This document shows positions 9,208 to 19,826 of a DNA stretch of 64,000 nt, one piece after another. The stretch lies in assembly GCA_016710685.1 (NCBI GenBank), contig JADJVC010000002.1, positions 701,031-765,030 on the forward strand, given 5' to 3'. Position 1 is the stretch's first letter. Each line of letters opens with the position of its first letter. The position numbers and the translations under genes were made by a program. Under the pieces are notes generated by a model, which was not told where the DNA came from, did no database searches, and saw only the letters and a program-made list of their open reading frames with translations. This DNA is from Flavobacteriales bacterium. Lineage in GTDB: Bacteria > Bacteroidota > Bacteroidia > Flavobacteriales_F > PHOS-HE28.

Positions 9208-10445
9208 TCGCGCCTACGGGCATGGGCGACGCACGCACGCTTCCCCGTAAAGTACTGCTGGGCGTAACCGGCGGCATTGCCGCATATAAAGTGCCTTTGC
9301 TGGTCCGTGCCTTGGTGAAGGCAGGAGCTGACGTGCAGGTGCTGATGACGCCCGCCGCGCACGATTTCGTTTCCCCTTTGGTGCTTTCAACACTTAGCGG
9401 GAAACCTGCGCTTACCGAATTGGTGGACAGGAATGACGGCACTGCCGTTTGGAATGACCACGTGCATTTGGCACGCTGGGCGGATGTGCTGCTCATCGCT
9501 CCGGCAACAGCGCATACGCTTGGTAAAATGGCCCACGGCCTGTGCGACAATTTGATGCTGGCCTGCTGGCTCAGCGCGGAATGCCCGGTATACATTGCTC
9601 CTGCGATGGACTTGGAGATGTACCGGGACCTGTCCGTAGCCGGCAACATCGCAGCGTTGAAAAAGCGCGGCGTACGCATGATCGGTCCGGAGACCGGGGA
9701 ACTCGCCAGCGGCCTAATCGGAGAAGGAAGGATGACCGAGCCGGATGACATCGTTGCCGCGCTGGTGGCGGGTTTGAAGAGCGGTTCGGCTTTGGCCGGG
9801 AAGCGGCTGTTGATCAATGCCGGCCCCACGCAGGAGGCAATTGACCCCGTTCGTTACATCGGCAACCGGAGCTCCGGCAAGATGGGCTTCGCGTTGGCGT
9901 TGGAAGCTGCAACACGCGGGGCCTTGGTGGAGTTGGTTGCGGGCCCAGTTACGTTGAAGGCCGAACATCCGGGGATCCATCGCACCGATGTGGTCTCCGC
10001 CGCGGAAATGGCGGAAGCCTGCAAAAAGCTTTTCACTGCCGCCGACCTGGCCATACTCAGCGCCGCCGTCGCGGATTGGCGCCCGGCCACCGTTGCGGGG
10101 AAGAAGCTGAAGAAGAAAGCAGGCATGGAAGCGCTGGCCTTGGAGGGCACCGAGGATATTCTGGCCTGGATGGGCGCCAACAAGCGCAAGGGCCAACGGT
10201 TGGTGGGATTCGCGCTGGAGACCAACGACGGTGAAGCGCATGCACGCGAAAAGCTCAAGCGTAAGAAGCTTGACCTCATCGTGTTGAACACATTGGGAGA
10301 ACCCGGGGTAGGCTTCGGGCATGACACCAACCAAGTAACCTTGATCGACAAAGGCACGGCGGCGCGACATTTGCCGTTGATGTCAAAGGCTGACGTGGCA
10401 CGTGCCGTGCTGGACCGTTGTGAAACCCTGTTATCGAATGCGTAA
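9204..10445 (+). CDS. coaBC: Bifunctional phosphopantothenoylcysteine decarboxylase / phosphopantothenate-cysteine ligase
   Basis: 413 aa. N-terminal flavoprotein domain (KVLLGVTGGIAAYK). C-terminal CoaB domain (LLINAGPTQEAIDPVRYIGNRSSGKMG). Confidence 0.92.
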   Translation: MIAPTGMGDARTLPRKVLLGVTGGIAAYKVPLLVRALVKAGADVQVLMTPAAHDFVSPLVLSTLSGKPALTELVDRNDGTAVWNDHVHLARWADVLLIAPATAHTLGKMAHGLCDNLMLACWLSAECPVYIAPAMDLEMYRDLSVAGNIAALKKRGVRMIGPETGELASGLIGEGRMTEPDDIVAALVAGLKSGSALAGKRLLINAGPTQEAIDPVRYIGNRSSGKMGFALALEAATRGALVELVAGPVTLKAEHPGIHRTDVVSAAEMAEACKKLFTAADLAILSAAVADWRPATVAGKKLKKKAGMEALALEGTEDILAWMGANKRKGQRLVGFALETNDGEAHAREKLKRKKLDLIVLNTLGEPGVGFGHDTNQVTLIDKGTAARHLPLMSKADVARAVLDRCETLLSNA

Positions 10446-11340
10446 AACGCTCGTTCTCCTTCTTGCGATCTTGGGCGGCGGCATGGCCGTGGCACAAGAG
10501 TTCAATTGCAAGGTTTCCGTATTGGCACCCCAGGCACAAAGCACGCCAAAGCGCGTGTTCGAGAGCATGGAAACGAGCATTTCGCAGATGATGAACACGC
10601 GGCGCTGGACCGCGTTGAACTTCAGCCCCCAAGAGCGAATCGACTGCAACATGCTGCTCACCATCAACGAGCAAAGTGGCACCACCACCTACAAGGGCAC
10701 GTTGCAAGTGATCTATTCCCGGCCCGTTTACGGCTCCGATTACATGAGCCCGGTAGTGGACATCCTGGACAACAACGTACAGTTCACCTTCTTGGAGAAC
10801 ACCCAGATCGAGTTTGCGCCGGAGCGATTCACCAATAACCTTTCATCTGTCATCGCCTTCTACGCTTATTACATCCTGGGCGTGGACGCGGACACGTATT
10901 CGCCCAACGGTGGCAGCGATTTCTATGCCCAGGCACAGACCGTGGTGACGAATGCACAGAACGCCAGCGAGTCGGGCTGGAAAGCCTTTGAGGATCAGAA
11001 GAACCGCTATTGGCTCATCGACAACCAGCAGCAGGCGGCGTTCCGTCCGCTGCGCGATTTTCTGTATGAATACCACCGCGACGGCTTCGACGCCATGGGA
11101 ACGGATGTTGCCGGCGGGCGCAAAGCATGCGCAGCGGCCATTGAGAAGTTAAAGGCTGTGCATCAGGCCAAGCCCAGCAGCTACAACCTCCAGGTGGTGT
11201 TCAACGCCAAGTACAATGAGCTGGTGCAGCTCTTCAAAAGCAGTGACCCGCAGGAACGTGCCAAGGTCTACAACACGTTGCAGATCATCGATCCCGGACA
11301 CATCAACCAGTATCTGGAGATGATGCGTGGCGGGCGGTAA
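10438..11340 (+). CDS. DUF4835-family secreted protein, the conserved partner downstream of coaBC
   Basis: The signal-peptide start MRKTLVLLLAILGGGMAVAQ overlaps the coaBC stop. Position and size are typical for the family. The track ORF starts at 10402. Confidence 0.6.
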   Translation: MRKTLVLLLAILGGGMAVAQEFNCKVSVLAPQAQSTPKRVFESMETSISQMMNTRRWTALNFSPQERIDCNMLLTINEQSGTTTYKGTLQVIYSRPVYGSDYMSPVVDILDNNVQFTFLENTQIEFAPERFTNNLSSVIAFYAYYILGVDADTYSPNGGSDFYAQAQTVVTNAQNASESGWKAFEDQKNRYWLIDNQQQAAFRPLRDFLYEYHRDGFDAMGTDVAGGRKACAAAIEKLKAVHQAKPSSYNLQVVFNAKYNELVQLFKSSDPQERAKVYNTLQIIDPGHINQYLEMMRGGR

Positions 11341-11508
11341 GACGTTCCTTTAGCCTGAGCGAAGGCCCATAAAGTCCGGCATTGCGATGGAACGCCCATG
11401 TTGCTGCGATCCCATTCGGGGGCGATAGTCACGCTGGTCGGGTGTTCTTCTCATTTCCGTGACCCCGTCAGGCGTCAAGTTCCCGGATCCAAAGGCTTGG
11501 CTTCGTCC

Positions 11509-13143
11509 TCAAGCCTTCTCGCTCACTTTGCGTTCCGCCTGTTTCAGCGCTTGCGCCGTGAAGGCGATGAACAGCGGGTGCGGCGTGGCCACTGTGCTGC
11601 GGTATTCCGGGTGGAACTGCACGCCCACGAACCACGGGTGATCCTTCAGTTCCACCACTTCCACCAACGTCGTCTGGGGGTTTATGCCGGTGGCCTCCAT
11701 GCCGCCCTTGGTGAACGCGGCGAGGTACTTGCCATTGAATTCGTAACGGTGCCGGTGGCGTTCGGAAATGGACGTTTTTCCATAGGCGATGGCCGCGTTC
11801 GACCCGGCTGTCAATTTGCAGGGATAAGCGCCTAACCGCATGGTGCCGCCCTTGCCGCTTTTGGCCTTTTGCTCCTCCATCATGTCGATCACCGGTGCGG
11901 GTGAATCGGCATCCATTTCCGTGCTGTTGGCACCTTCAAGCCCCAGCACGTTGCGCGCGAAATCGATTACGGCGCATTGCATACCGAGGCAGATGCCGAG
12001 GAACGGGATGGCGTTTTCACGGGCGAATTTGATGGCCTCGATCTTGCCCTCAATGCCGCGATGGCCGAAGCCCGGCGCGACTAAAATCCCGTTCAATCCA
12101 CCAAGCTGCTTTTGGATGTTCTTTGGTGTCAGCTTTTCGCTGTGGACCCACTTCACCTCCACGCGGGTTTCGTTGGCTGCACCGGCATGGTCGAGCGCTT
12201 CCTTGATGCTCTTGTAAGCATCGTGCAGCTCCACGTATTTGCCCACCAAACCTATGGAAACATGGTGCTTCGGTTCCTTGAAACGCCGAAGAAAGTCCTT
12301 CCAGTGCGTGAGGTCCGCTTCCGGAAAATTGGTGATGCCGAGCTTTTCCAACACTACCAGGTCCAGTTTTTCATCCTGCATCAGCAGGGGCACGTCGTAG
12401 ATCGTTTCCGCGTCCGCGCTCTCGATGACGGCGGTGGGCAGCACGTTGCAGAACAAGGCGATCTTCTCCTTCATGCCTTTTTGCATGGGGTGCTCCGTAC
12501 GGCACACCAAGATGTCCGGCTGCACGCCGAGGCTCAACAGCTCCTTCACGCTGTGTTGGGTGGGCTTGGTCTTCAGTTCGCCGCTCGTGCTGAGGTAGGG
12601 CAGGAGGGTGAGGTGGATGGAAAGCGCGTCGCGGCCTTTTTCCCACTTCAACTGGCGGATGGCCTCCACGTAGGGCAGGCTCTCAATGTCGCCCACGGTG
12701 CCGCCTACTTCAGTGATGACGAAATCGTAGATTCCCTTGCGGCCCAAGGCTTGGATGTTCCGCTTGATCTCGTCGGTGATGTGCGGCACCACCTGTACCG
12801 TCTTGCCTAGGTAATCACCTTGGCGCTCCTTATTGATCACGTTCTGGTAGATCCGCCCGGTGGTAACGTTGTTGGCCTGCGAGGTATGCACGTCCAGGAA
12901 ACGCTCATAGTGCCCCAGGTCCAAGTCCGTTTCAGCCCCGTCTTCCGTTACGTAGCACTCGCCGTGCTCGTATGGGTTGAGCGTTCCGGGGTCGATATTG
13001 ATGTACGGATCGAGCTTCTGGATGGTAACGGTGAAGCCCCGCGCCTGAAGAAGCTTGGCGAGCGAAGCACTCACAATGCCCTTGCCGAGGCTGGATGTAA
13101 CGCCCCCGGTAACAAAAATATACTTGGTGGATCCCGTCATCAC
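11509..13143 (-). CDS. pyrG: CTP synthase
   Basis: 544 aa. N-terminal [17 protein letters not shown]-terminal glutamine amidotransferase domain with GICLGMQ. Confidence 0.95.
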   Translation of the reverse strand: MMTGSTKYIFVTGGVTSSLGKGIVSASLAKLLQARGFTVTIQKLDPYINIDPGTLNPYEHGECYVTEDGAETDLDLGHYERFLDVHTSQANNVTTGRIYQNVINKERQGDYLGKTVQVVPHITDEIKRNIQALGRKGIYDFVITEVGGTVGDIESLPYVEAIRQLKWEKGRDALSIHLTLLPYLSTSGELKTKPTQHSVKELLSLGVQPDILVCRTEHPMQKGMKEKIALFCNVLPTAVIESADAETIYDVPLLMQDEKLDLVVLEKLGITNFPEADLTHWKDFLRRFKEPKHHVSIGLVGKYVELHDAYKSIKEALDHAGAANETRVEVKWVHSEKLTPKNIQKQLGGLNGILVAPGFGHRGIEGKIEAIKFARENAIPFLGICLGMQCAVIDFARNVLGLEGANSTEMDADSPAPVIDMMEEQKAKSGKGGTMRLGAYPCKLTAGSNAAIAYGKTSISERHRHRYEFNGKYLAAFTKGGMEATGINPQTTLVEVVELKDHPWFVGVQFHPEYRSTVATPHPLFIAFTAQALKQAERKVSEKA

Positions 13144-13245
13144 ATGTTGATACCTCCCTGTTTGGGGGTGGTGATCACGGGGCGTAAAGCTAAGAGGAAG
13201 TGGGGAGCGGGAGCGGTTCGGGTTGAAATTGGTGGTGCAACTACC

Positions 13246-15573
13246 TTAGAACGTGTAGGACAATCCCACGCTGGGCAGGAATGGCAACTGGTTCACCCTG
13301 CTACCGGTTACACGGTCGCTGTAGAAAATATTTTCGCGGTCGTAGGCGTTCGTAATGCTGATGTCCGCTTGCACCACTTGGTGCTCATCGAGCTTCCACG
13401 TCTTGGTGATGCCGAGATCGAGACGGTGGTAATCGGGGAGGCGGCCTCCGTTAAGCGGTCCGTAGATGATGGCGAGATCGCCGTTGGCGGAGGTGATGTC
13501 CGTACTGGTGCCGTTGGAAAAGGGGAGCCGCTCATAGAAGCCTTGGTTCTGGGTGAAGGGGAAGCCCGATCCGTAGTTCCAACGGGCGCTGGCTTTCCAG
13601 CTTTCATGTTTTCCGAAGGTGTAGCTGGTCACGAGGTTCACGTTGTTGCGGCGGTCCCAGATGGGGTTGTACGTGTTCTCACCGTCGAAACGGTCCACGA
13701 AGTTGAGGGAGTAAACGAACCAGACGTACAGGCCTTTGTTCTCGTATTTTACCAGCATGTCGGCACCGTATGCGCTACCGGTTTCCACAACGAAGTCCTT
13801 CTTCAGTTCGTCGGGCTTGTCCGCGAATTCGGGAGTGTCGTTATAAAGCTTGTCGCGGTTCAAGTTGGTCACTTCGCGGAAGTCCTTGTAGTAACCCTCC
13901 ACGTTGAGGCTCGTCTTCGTGGTAAGGTCGTACTCAAATCCGGCGATGAAGTGGTTGGCGCGCTGAAGTGGGTCTTTCAATGTGCGCACGGTGCCGTCGG
14001 ATTGGGTAATGGAACCGGGGATGTCCGAAGGCGCGGTTATGAAGCCATAGAACAGGTTCACTACATCGCGATCGCTGTTGGTGGCGATGAGGTTCTGGGT
14101 GTACATGCCAGCGGCTCCCTTCAAGCGGAGCCGGTCGCTAAGATTGAACTTGACACCAAGTCGCGGTTCGGGGCTGAGCACCGCGAGCGTGGCGTAGTAC
14201 TGCAGGCGGACGCCGGGGTCCAGCACCAATTTGCCTGTATGGATCTTGTAATTGATATAGCCCGCGAGTTCGCTGCTCACCTTGTCCTGCTGCAGTTTGT
14301 AGCCGAGCGAATTGAAGTAGCTGAGGTTGGTTTTCACGCCGGCCACCTCGATGCCGTAGCGCACTTCATTGTCGCCAATGAAGTACTTGAAGTTGAGGCC
14401 GCCATTGAAGTTGTTGATGCCGCTGCTGCGCGGGTCGAGGTTGCCCTCCTTCAGGCTAATGTCGTAATTGCTTAAGGCGAAGATGCCTTCAATGAGCACG
14501 GCGCTGCCGGAGGGAACGAGCACGAAGTTGATGCCAGCGCCCCAGTTTTTCCAATCCAGATCACTGATGCCGCGGTACTTCACCCCATCGGTGAAATTGA
14601 AGCCGAACAGGTTCACCTTGCTGCCGTTGGATGCGTTGAGCGACACCTTCCCATAGATGTCGGTAAAGTTGAATGGCAGTCCCGCGCTGTCCACATAGTT
14701 GTACAACGTTTTGCTGGATTGGTCCAAGTAGCTGTGCTTGAAATTCAGCAGGAAGGAACTGCTTCCGTCGCCGGGCTTTTCGGGCTTTTTCAACGGGCCT
14801 TCCAGCAGGGCTTTGGCAGCGAAGGTGCTGGCGGCCACTTTTCCGCTCAAGCGGTTCTTGTTTCCGTCGCGCGTGGTGATGTCCATCACGCTGCTGATAC
14901 GACCGCCGTATTCGGCGTTGAATCCGCCGGTGATGACATCCGCGTTGCGGATCACGTCATTGTCGAACACGCTGAAGAGGCCGATGCTGTGGAAGGGGTT
15001 GTAGAGCACCATGCCGTCTATGTGCACCAAGTTTTGCACGGTGCTGCCGCCGCGGATGTAGAGCTGCCCGCCTTGGTCGCCGGTGAAGATCACGCCGGGG
15101 ACCACCTGCATGTACTGGGCCAGATCAGCCTGCCCGCCAATGGCGGGTAAGCGTTCGATCTGCTTCGGCGTAAGCTTGGTAACGCCTACACGCACGGTGT
15201 TTTCGGCTTCGCGCTTTTCGGCGCTTATCACTACGGTCTGCAAGCCCACGGAGCCTTTTTTCAAATGAAGCTGCTCGGTAAGGATCTGATCGGCCTTCAG
15301 GTCCACTTCCATGCTCAGGGTATCGAAGCCGAGGTAGACCACGCGGAGCGTGTAGTGCCCCGGCGGCACTTTGCTGATGGAGAAGTAACCGTTCACATCG
15401 GTTTGTGCACCGTGGGTTTCCGCACCACGCAATTGCACGGGCGTGAAAATGGAAGGTTCGCCGTTGGATGAATCGTATACGAAGCCACGCACAGTGGCGG
15501 TCTGCGAGAATGCGATAAGCGGAAAGGCAAATGCGCAAAGCAGCGCGAGGCGGTGGTTCAGTGTCGGTATCAT
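13246..15573 (-). CDS. TonB-dependent outer-membrane receptor with N-terminal carboxypeptidase-regulatory-like domain
   Basis: 775 aa. Signal peptide, CarbD-like segment (TVRGFVYDSSNGEPSIFTPVQL…DVNGYFSI), plug domain, C-terminal beta-barrel ending in F. No SusD partner adjacent. Confidence 0.85.
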   Translation of the reverse strand: MIPTLNHRLALLCAFAFPLIAFSQTATVRGFVYDSSNGEPSIFTPVQLRGAETHGAQTDVNGYFSISKVPPGHYTLRVVYLGFDTLSMEVDLKADQILTEQLHLKKGSVGLQTVVISAEKREAENTVRVGVTKLTPKQIERLPAIGGQADLAQYMQVVPGVIFTGDQGGQLYIRGGSTVQNLVHIDGMVLYNPFHSIGLFSVFDNDVIRNADVITGGFNAEYGGRISSVMDITTRDGNKNRLSGKVAASTFAAKALLEGPLKKPEKPGDGSSSFLLNFKHSYLDQSSKTLYNYVDSAGLPFNFTDIYGKVSLNASNGSKVNLFGFNFTDGVKYRGISDLDWKNWGAGINFVLVPSGSAVLIEGIFALSNYDISLKEGNLDPRSSGINNFNGGLNFKYFIGDNEVRYGIEVAGVKTNLSYFNSLGYKLQQDKVSSELAGYINYKIHTGKLVLDPGVRLQYYATLAVLSPEPRLGVKFNLSDRLRLKGAAGMYTQNLIATNSDRDVVNLFYGFITAPSDIPGSITQSDGTVRTLKDPLQRANHFIAGFEYDLTTKTSLNVEGYYKDFREVTNLNRDKLYNDTPEFADKPDELKKDFVVETGSAYGADMLVKYENKGLYVWFVYSLNFVDRFDGENTYNPIWDRRNNVNLVTSYTFGKHESWKASARWNYGSGFPFTQNQGFYERLPFSNGTSTDITSANGDLAIIYGPLNGGRLPDYHRLDLGITKTWKLDEHQVVQADISITNAYDRENIFYSDRVTGSRVNQLPFLPSVGLSYTF

Positions 15574-15762
15574 GTATCAAAGTTCCGTGCAGGGGGCGCT
15601 AATGTAACGGTCGCTCGTTTGAGGCAATGGCCTCGGCGGGAAAAGGCAAGTGCGGGGCGAGGAACGGGGTTGGCCACAGCTGGTGTATGGGCAAAGCATG
15701 CATCCCCATGCACATTCCACCCGCGCGGCCCATCTTTGCGAACTCCGACAACACGCACGAAA

Positions 15763-16380
15763 ATGGCACTCAGCTCCGCATTGCTCGACCAGGCGGTGGA
15801 CCAATTGGCCACCTTGCCCGGCATCGGGCGGCGCACGGCCATGCGGCTTGCGTTGGACCTGTTGCGACGCGAAACGCATGAAGTGGTGCGGTTCAGCGAG
15901 GCCGTGCGGCGGTTGCGCGAAGAAGTGATGTACTGCTCGGAATGCTGCAACATCAGCGACCGGCCGGTGTGCGATATTTGCGTCAACCCCGCGCGCGACC
16001 GGAGCATGATCTGCGTTGTGGAAGACATCCGGGACGTGATCGCCATTGAGAACACGCGCCAGTATAAAGGGCTGTACCATGTGTTGGGCGGGGTCATCAG
16101 TCCCATGGACGGCCGTGGGCCGGAGGAATTGCATACGCAGGAACTCTTCACCCGCGTGGGTCGCGGAGGGATAGCGGAAGTGGTACTGGCCCTTGGCGCC
16201 ACCTTGGAAGGGGATACCACGTGTTTTTTCCTCGACCGCAAACTACAGGGCATCGTGCCGCGTGTAAGCATGATCGCGCGCGGCATCAGCATCGGCGGCG
16301 ACTTGGAGCAAGTGGACGAGATGACGTTGGGCCGCAGCATAGCCGACCGCAAACCGTATGAGCAAAGTGTTCGGAAGTAA
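15763..16380 (+). CDS. recR: Recombination protein RecR
   Basis: True start MALSSALLDQAVDQLATLPGIGRRTAMRLA (HhH). C4 zinc finger CSECCNISDRPVCDIC. Toprim domain. The track ORF is extended upstream to 15553. Confidence 0.9.
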   Translation: MALSSALLDQAVDQLATLPGIGRRTAMRLALDLLRRETHEVVRFSEAVRRLREEVMYCSECCNISDRPVCDICVNPARDRSMICVVEDIRDVIAIENTRQYKGLYHVLGGVISPMDGRGPEELHTQELFTRVGRGGIAEVVLALGATLEGDTTCFFLDRKLQGIVPRVSMIARGISIGGDLEQVDEMTLGRSIADRKPYEQSVRK

Positions 16381-16396
16381 TGTTGATCGGTGCCCA

Positions 16397-18301
16397 ATGA
16401 AGCTCAGCGTCATCATCGTAAATTACAACGTAAGGTCCTACTTGGAGCAGTGTCTGCGTTCGGTGGAGGAGGCGTTGCGCGGGCTGGACGGCGACATCTA
16501 CGTAGTGGACAACTTAAGCACCGACGGCAGTGTGGAGATGGTGCAGGCGCTTTTTCCCGCCGTGAAGTTGATGGCCAACCGGGAGAACGTGGGTTTCAGC
16601 CGGGCCAACAACCAGGCCATACGGGCAAGTGATGCGGAGTACGTGGTGCTGTTGAACCCGGACACCGTGGTGGGGGAAGACGTTTTCCAAAAGGCTGTGG
16701 CATTCATGGACAACGACCCGAAAGTGGGCGGGCTGGGCGTGAAGATGATCGATGGCACGGGGCGGTTCCTTCCTGAAAGCAAACGAGGACTGCCCACACC
16801 GGGCGTAGCGTTCTTCAAGATCACGGGACTGGCCAGGTTGTTCCCGCGCAACCGCATTTTCGGCCGTTACCACCTTGGACATCTGGCGGAGAACGAAGCA
16901 GCGCCGATCGAGATCCTCTCCGGTGCCTGCATGTTCCTGCGGCAGAAAACGTTGGAGGAGGTCGGCTTGCTGGACGAGAGCTTTTTCATGTACGGCGAGG
17001 ACATCGACCTGAGCTACCGGATCACCCTTGGCGGCTATACCAATTGGTATTTGCCCGAAGCGCGGATCATCCACTACAAAGGCGAGAGCACAAAGAAGAG
17101 CAGCGTGAACTACGTGTTTGTTTTCTACAATGCGATGGCCATTTTTGCGCGGAAGCACTTCGCGCGGCGGGAGCCGCAGTTGTTCTCCCTGTTGATCCGC
17201 GCGGCCATTTACCTCAGCGCAGCGGGGGCCATCGTGGTGCGGTTCCTTCGGGGGGCATTGCTTCCCATGTTGGACTTTCTGCTCATCGTTGCGGCGTATT
17301 CGGCGTTGCGGATGGCCGGGCATTTCCCGTGGCCGGGGCGTGAAGCACCGCTGCTGGCAGGAGCTTTGGCCGTATTGGTCCTGGCGCTTTTTGGGGCATA
17401 CGATCTACCGGTAAAGCGCATCAATGCGGCAAAAGGTGCCGGAGCGCTAGCAGTGGTGGGCGCAGCATTAGCTGTTGTGCTCGGAGGTCCTGGCGTGGAG
17501 TTTGTTTGGGCCTGGGCCACGCTGGTGGTGGTTGTTTTTTTGGTGCGGATGATGGTGCATTTTTTGCCCAAAGGCCGGTTATCCGCGATGCCGGCGGAGG
17601 AGGCCCGGATCTTGGCGGTGGGATCTGAAAAGGAGGCCAGGGAAGCTTTGGGACTGCTCTGGCAAACGCATTATGGCCTAGGCCGTGAGATCGTGCTTGG
17701 GCCCGAGGCCGTGGAAGGGATGACACGCGTGGCCGAAATTCGCCAATTGGTGCGCACCCAGCGGATGGACGAAGTGGTTTTCTGCGCGAAAGACCTGCCG
17801 ATGCACCGGGTGATCTCTTTGATGGAGGAACTGGCCGACACGGGCGCGGTGTTCAAGATCTCCAGGCCCGGCGCGGCTTTCATCATCGGACCCAGCACTA
17901 CCGAAAGCTTACAGGACCTGCTCGTACTGCGCGACCATTCGGCAGGCAATGCCGAATCACGCCGCAAACGCCGGATCTTGGACGTCGGGCTCGCAGCACT
18001 GTTCAGTCTGGGCTTGCCTTTAATGCTGTTCGTGGTAACGGATCGCGGTGGATTCCTGCACAACTTGGCCGAAGTATGGCAGGGGCGCCGGAGCTGGACG
18101 GGTTACCGCACGGCCTCAGGTCGTACCAAATTGCCCAAACTGCGGCCTGGTGTGCTCGATATTGTTTCCACCGACCGGAAGGGTGCCGCGCCGCTCACCG
18201 TGCAGCGCATGAACCTTGAATACGCCAAGGATTACCGGACTTGGAAGGATCTGAGGCGCGTACTCGGCCATGCAAGCCTCTTGGGGGCACGGCCTGCATA
18301 G
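16397..18301 (+). CDS. Family 2 glycosyltransferase fused to a polytopic membrane and Rossmann-like segment with a truncated sugar-transferase-like tail
   Basis: N-terminal GT2 (KLSVIIVNYN…YVVDNLSTDGS…GEDIDLSYR). Then several TM helices. Then a CoA-binding-like segment (ILAVGSEKEAREAL…). Then a WbaP-like start (RRILDVGLAALFSLGLPLMLFVV) that diverges and ends early. Confidence 0.65.
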   Translation: MKLSVIIVNYNVRSYLEQCLRSVEEALRGLDGDIYVVDNLSTDGSVEMVQALFPAVKLMANRENVGFSRANNQAIRASDAEYVVLLNPDTVVGEDVFQKAVAFMDNDPKVGGLGVKMIDGTGRFLPESKRGLPTPGVAFFKITGLARLFPRNRIFGRYHLGHLAENEAAPIEILSGACMFLRQKTLEEVGLLDESFFMYGEDIDLSYRITLGGYTNWYLPEARIIHYKGESTKKSSVNYVFVFYNAMAIFARKHFARREPQLFSLLIRAAIYLSAAGAIVVRFLRGALLPMLDFLLIVAAYSALRMAGHFPWPGREAPLLAGALAVLVLALFGAYDLPVKRINAAKGAGALAVVGAALAVVLGGPGVEFVWAWATLVVVVFLVRMMVHFLPKGRLSAMPAEEARILAVGSEKEAREALGLLWQTHYGLGREIVLGPEAVEGMTRVAEIRQLVRTQRMDEVVFCAKDLPMHRVISLMEELADTGAVFKISRPGAAFIIGPSTTESLQDLLVLRDHSAGNAESRRKRRILDVGLAALFSLGLPLMLFVVTDRGGFLHNLAEVWQGRRSWTGYRTASGRTKLPKLRPGVLDIVSTDRKGAAPLTVQRMNLEYAKDYRTWKDLRRVLGHASLLGARPA

Positions 18302-18381
18302 GTTGACGAAGGAAATGGGAATGTTCCGCCGGTACCGATAACTTCGCCGCCGACCGGCCCATGGGCCGCCTATTGAACGCA

Positions 18382-19749
18382 CACATGCCACAACTGGAGA
18401 TCCTGCTGCCCAAAATGGGCGAAAGCGTGGCCGAGGCCACCATCATTAAATGGTTGAAAAGTGAAGGCGACACCGTCTTGGCCGATGAAGCCCTGGTGGA
18501 GATCGCCACCGACAAAGTGGACAGTGAAGTGCCTGCGCCGCAAGACGGCACCTTGGTGAAACGCTTGGTGAGCGACGGTGACGTTGTGAAGGTGGGCCAG
18601 CCCATCGCCATACTGGGCATCGGCGGCGATACGCAAGCGCCGGTCGCACCGGCGGCTACCGCGGCGAGCGCGACAAACGGCGGCAGCGCTCAAGCCGCAG
18701 CGCCCAAAGCCACGCCTGTAGCTGTCAGTGCCCCGGTTGAGCGCAACGGTCCCGGTGGCAAGTTCTACAGCCCGTTGGTGCGCAACATTGCGCAGAGCGA
18801 AGGCGTTTCCATGGAGGAATTGGACGGAATTCCCGGCACGGGTGAAGGAGGTCGCGTAACGAAGAAAGATCTGCTGGATTACCTGCCACGGCGCGGTGCC
18901 GCACCGGCAACGGCCACCCAGCCGTCACCAGTGCAGGCCACTGCACCAGCATCGCAGGCGACAGCCGAAGCAAAGGCACCGGCACCATCCGCAGCAACGG
19001 TGAAACCAGCCCCGCAAGCGCCTAAAGTGGTCCCAGGCCCGGGGGACGAGCTTATCGAGATGGACCGTATGCGCAAGCTGATCGCCGACCATATGGTGAT
19101 GAGCAAGCACACCAGCCCGCACGTCACCAGCTTCGTGGAAGCCGATGTCACTAACCTGGTCCTGTGGCGCAATAAGGCGAAGCATGCATTCGAGAAGCGG
19201 GAAGGGGAGAAGATCACATTTACGCCGGTGTTCATCATGGCCATCGCGCAAGCGATCAAAGAGATGCCGATGATCAACATCCAGGTGGATGGCAGCACCA
19301 TCATCAAAAAGAAAGACATCAACATCGGCATGGCGGCAGCGTTGCCCAGCGGCAACCTCATCGTGCCGGTGGTGCGCAATGCCGACCGGCTCAACTTGAC
19401 CGGCTTGGCCAAAACAGTGAACGACCTGGCGAACAGGGCCCGCCAGGGTAAGCTTACACCGGACGAGGTCAGTGGCGGCACGTACACAGTGACCAACGTG
19501 GGCACTTTCGGCAACGTGCTGGGCACCCCCGTGATCAACCAGCCACAAGTGGCCATCATGGCCACAGGCGCGATACGGAAAAAGCCGGCGGTGTTGGAAA
19601 CGCCCACTGGCGACGTTATCGCGGTACGGCACATGATGTACCTGAGCCACAGCTACGATCACCGGGTGGTGGACGGGGCCCTTGGTGGCAAGTTCGTACG
19701 GCGCGTTGCCGACATTTTGGAAAGCTGGTCCCTAGAGACGGAAATCTGA
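18382..19749 (+). CDS. Dihydrolipoamide acyltransferase (E2) of a 2-oxoacid dehydrogenase complex
   Basis: Lipoyl domain (LPKMGESVAEATIIKWL…ATDKV). Ala/Pro linker. E3-binding domain (YSPLVRNIAQSEGV). Catalytic domain with SHSYDHRVVDGA. Confidence 0.85.
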   Translation, partial: HMPQLEILLPKMGESVAEATIIKWLKSEGDTVLADEALVEIATDKVDSEVPAPQDGTLVKRLVSDGDVVKVGQPIAILGIGGDTQAPVAPAATAASATNGGSAQAAAPKATPVAVSAPVERNGPGGKFYSPLVRNIAQSEGVSMEELDGIPGTGEGGRVTKKDLLDYLPRRGAAPATATQPSPVQATAPASQATAEAKAPAPSAATVKPAPQAPKVVPGPGDELIEMDRMRKLIADHMVMSKHTSPHVTSFVEADVTNLVLWRNKAKHAFEKREGEKITFTPVFIMAIAQAIKEMPMINIQVDGSTIIKKKDINIGMAAALPSGNLIVPVVRNADRLNLTGLAKTVNDLANRARQGKLTPDEVSGGTYTVTNVGTFGNVLGTPVINQPQVAIMATGAIRKKPAVLETPTGDVIAVRHMMYLSHSYDHRVVDGALGGKFVRRVADILESWSLETEI

Positions 19750-19826
19750 ACTGACCTCCGGGAGCCGAAAAAAGTTACATTTAGCCGCCATAATTACACC
19801 CGGTCGGGTGATTGACGCAACCATTC

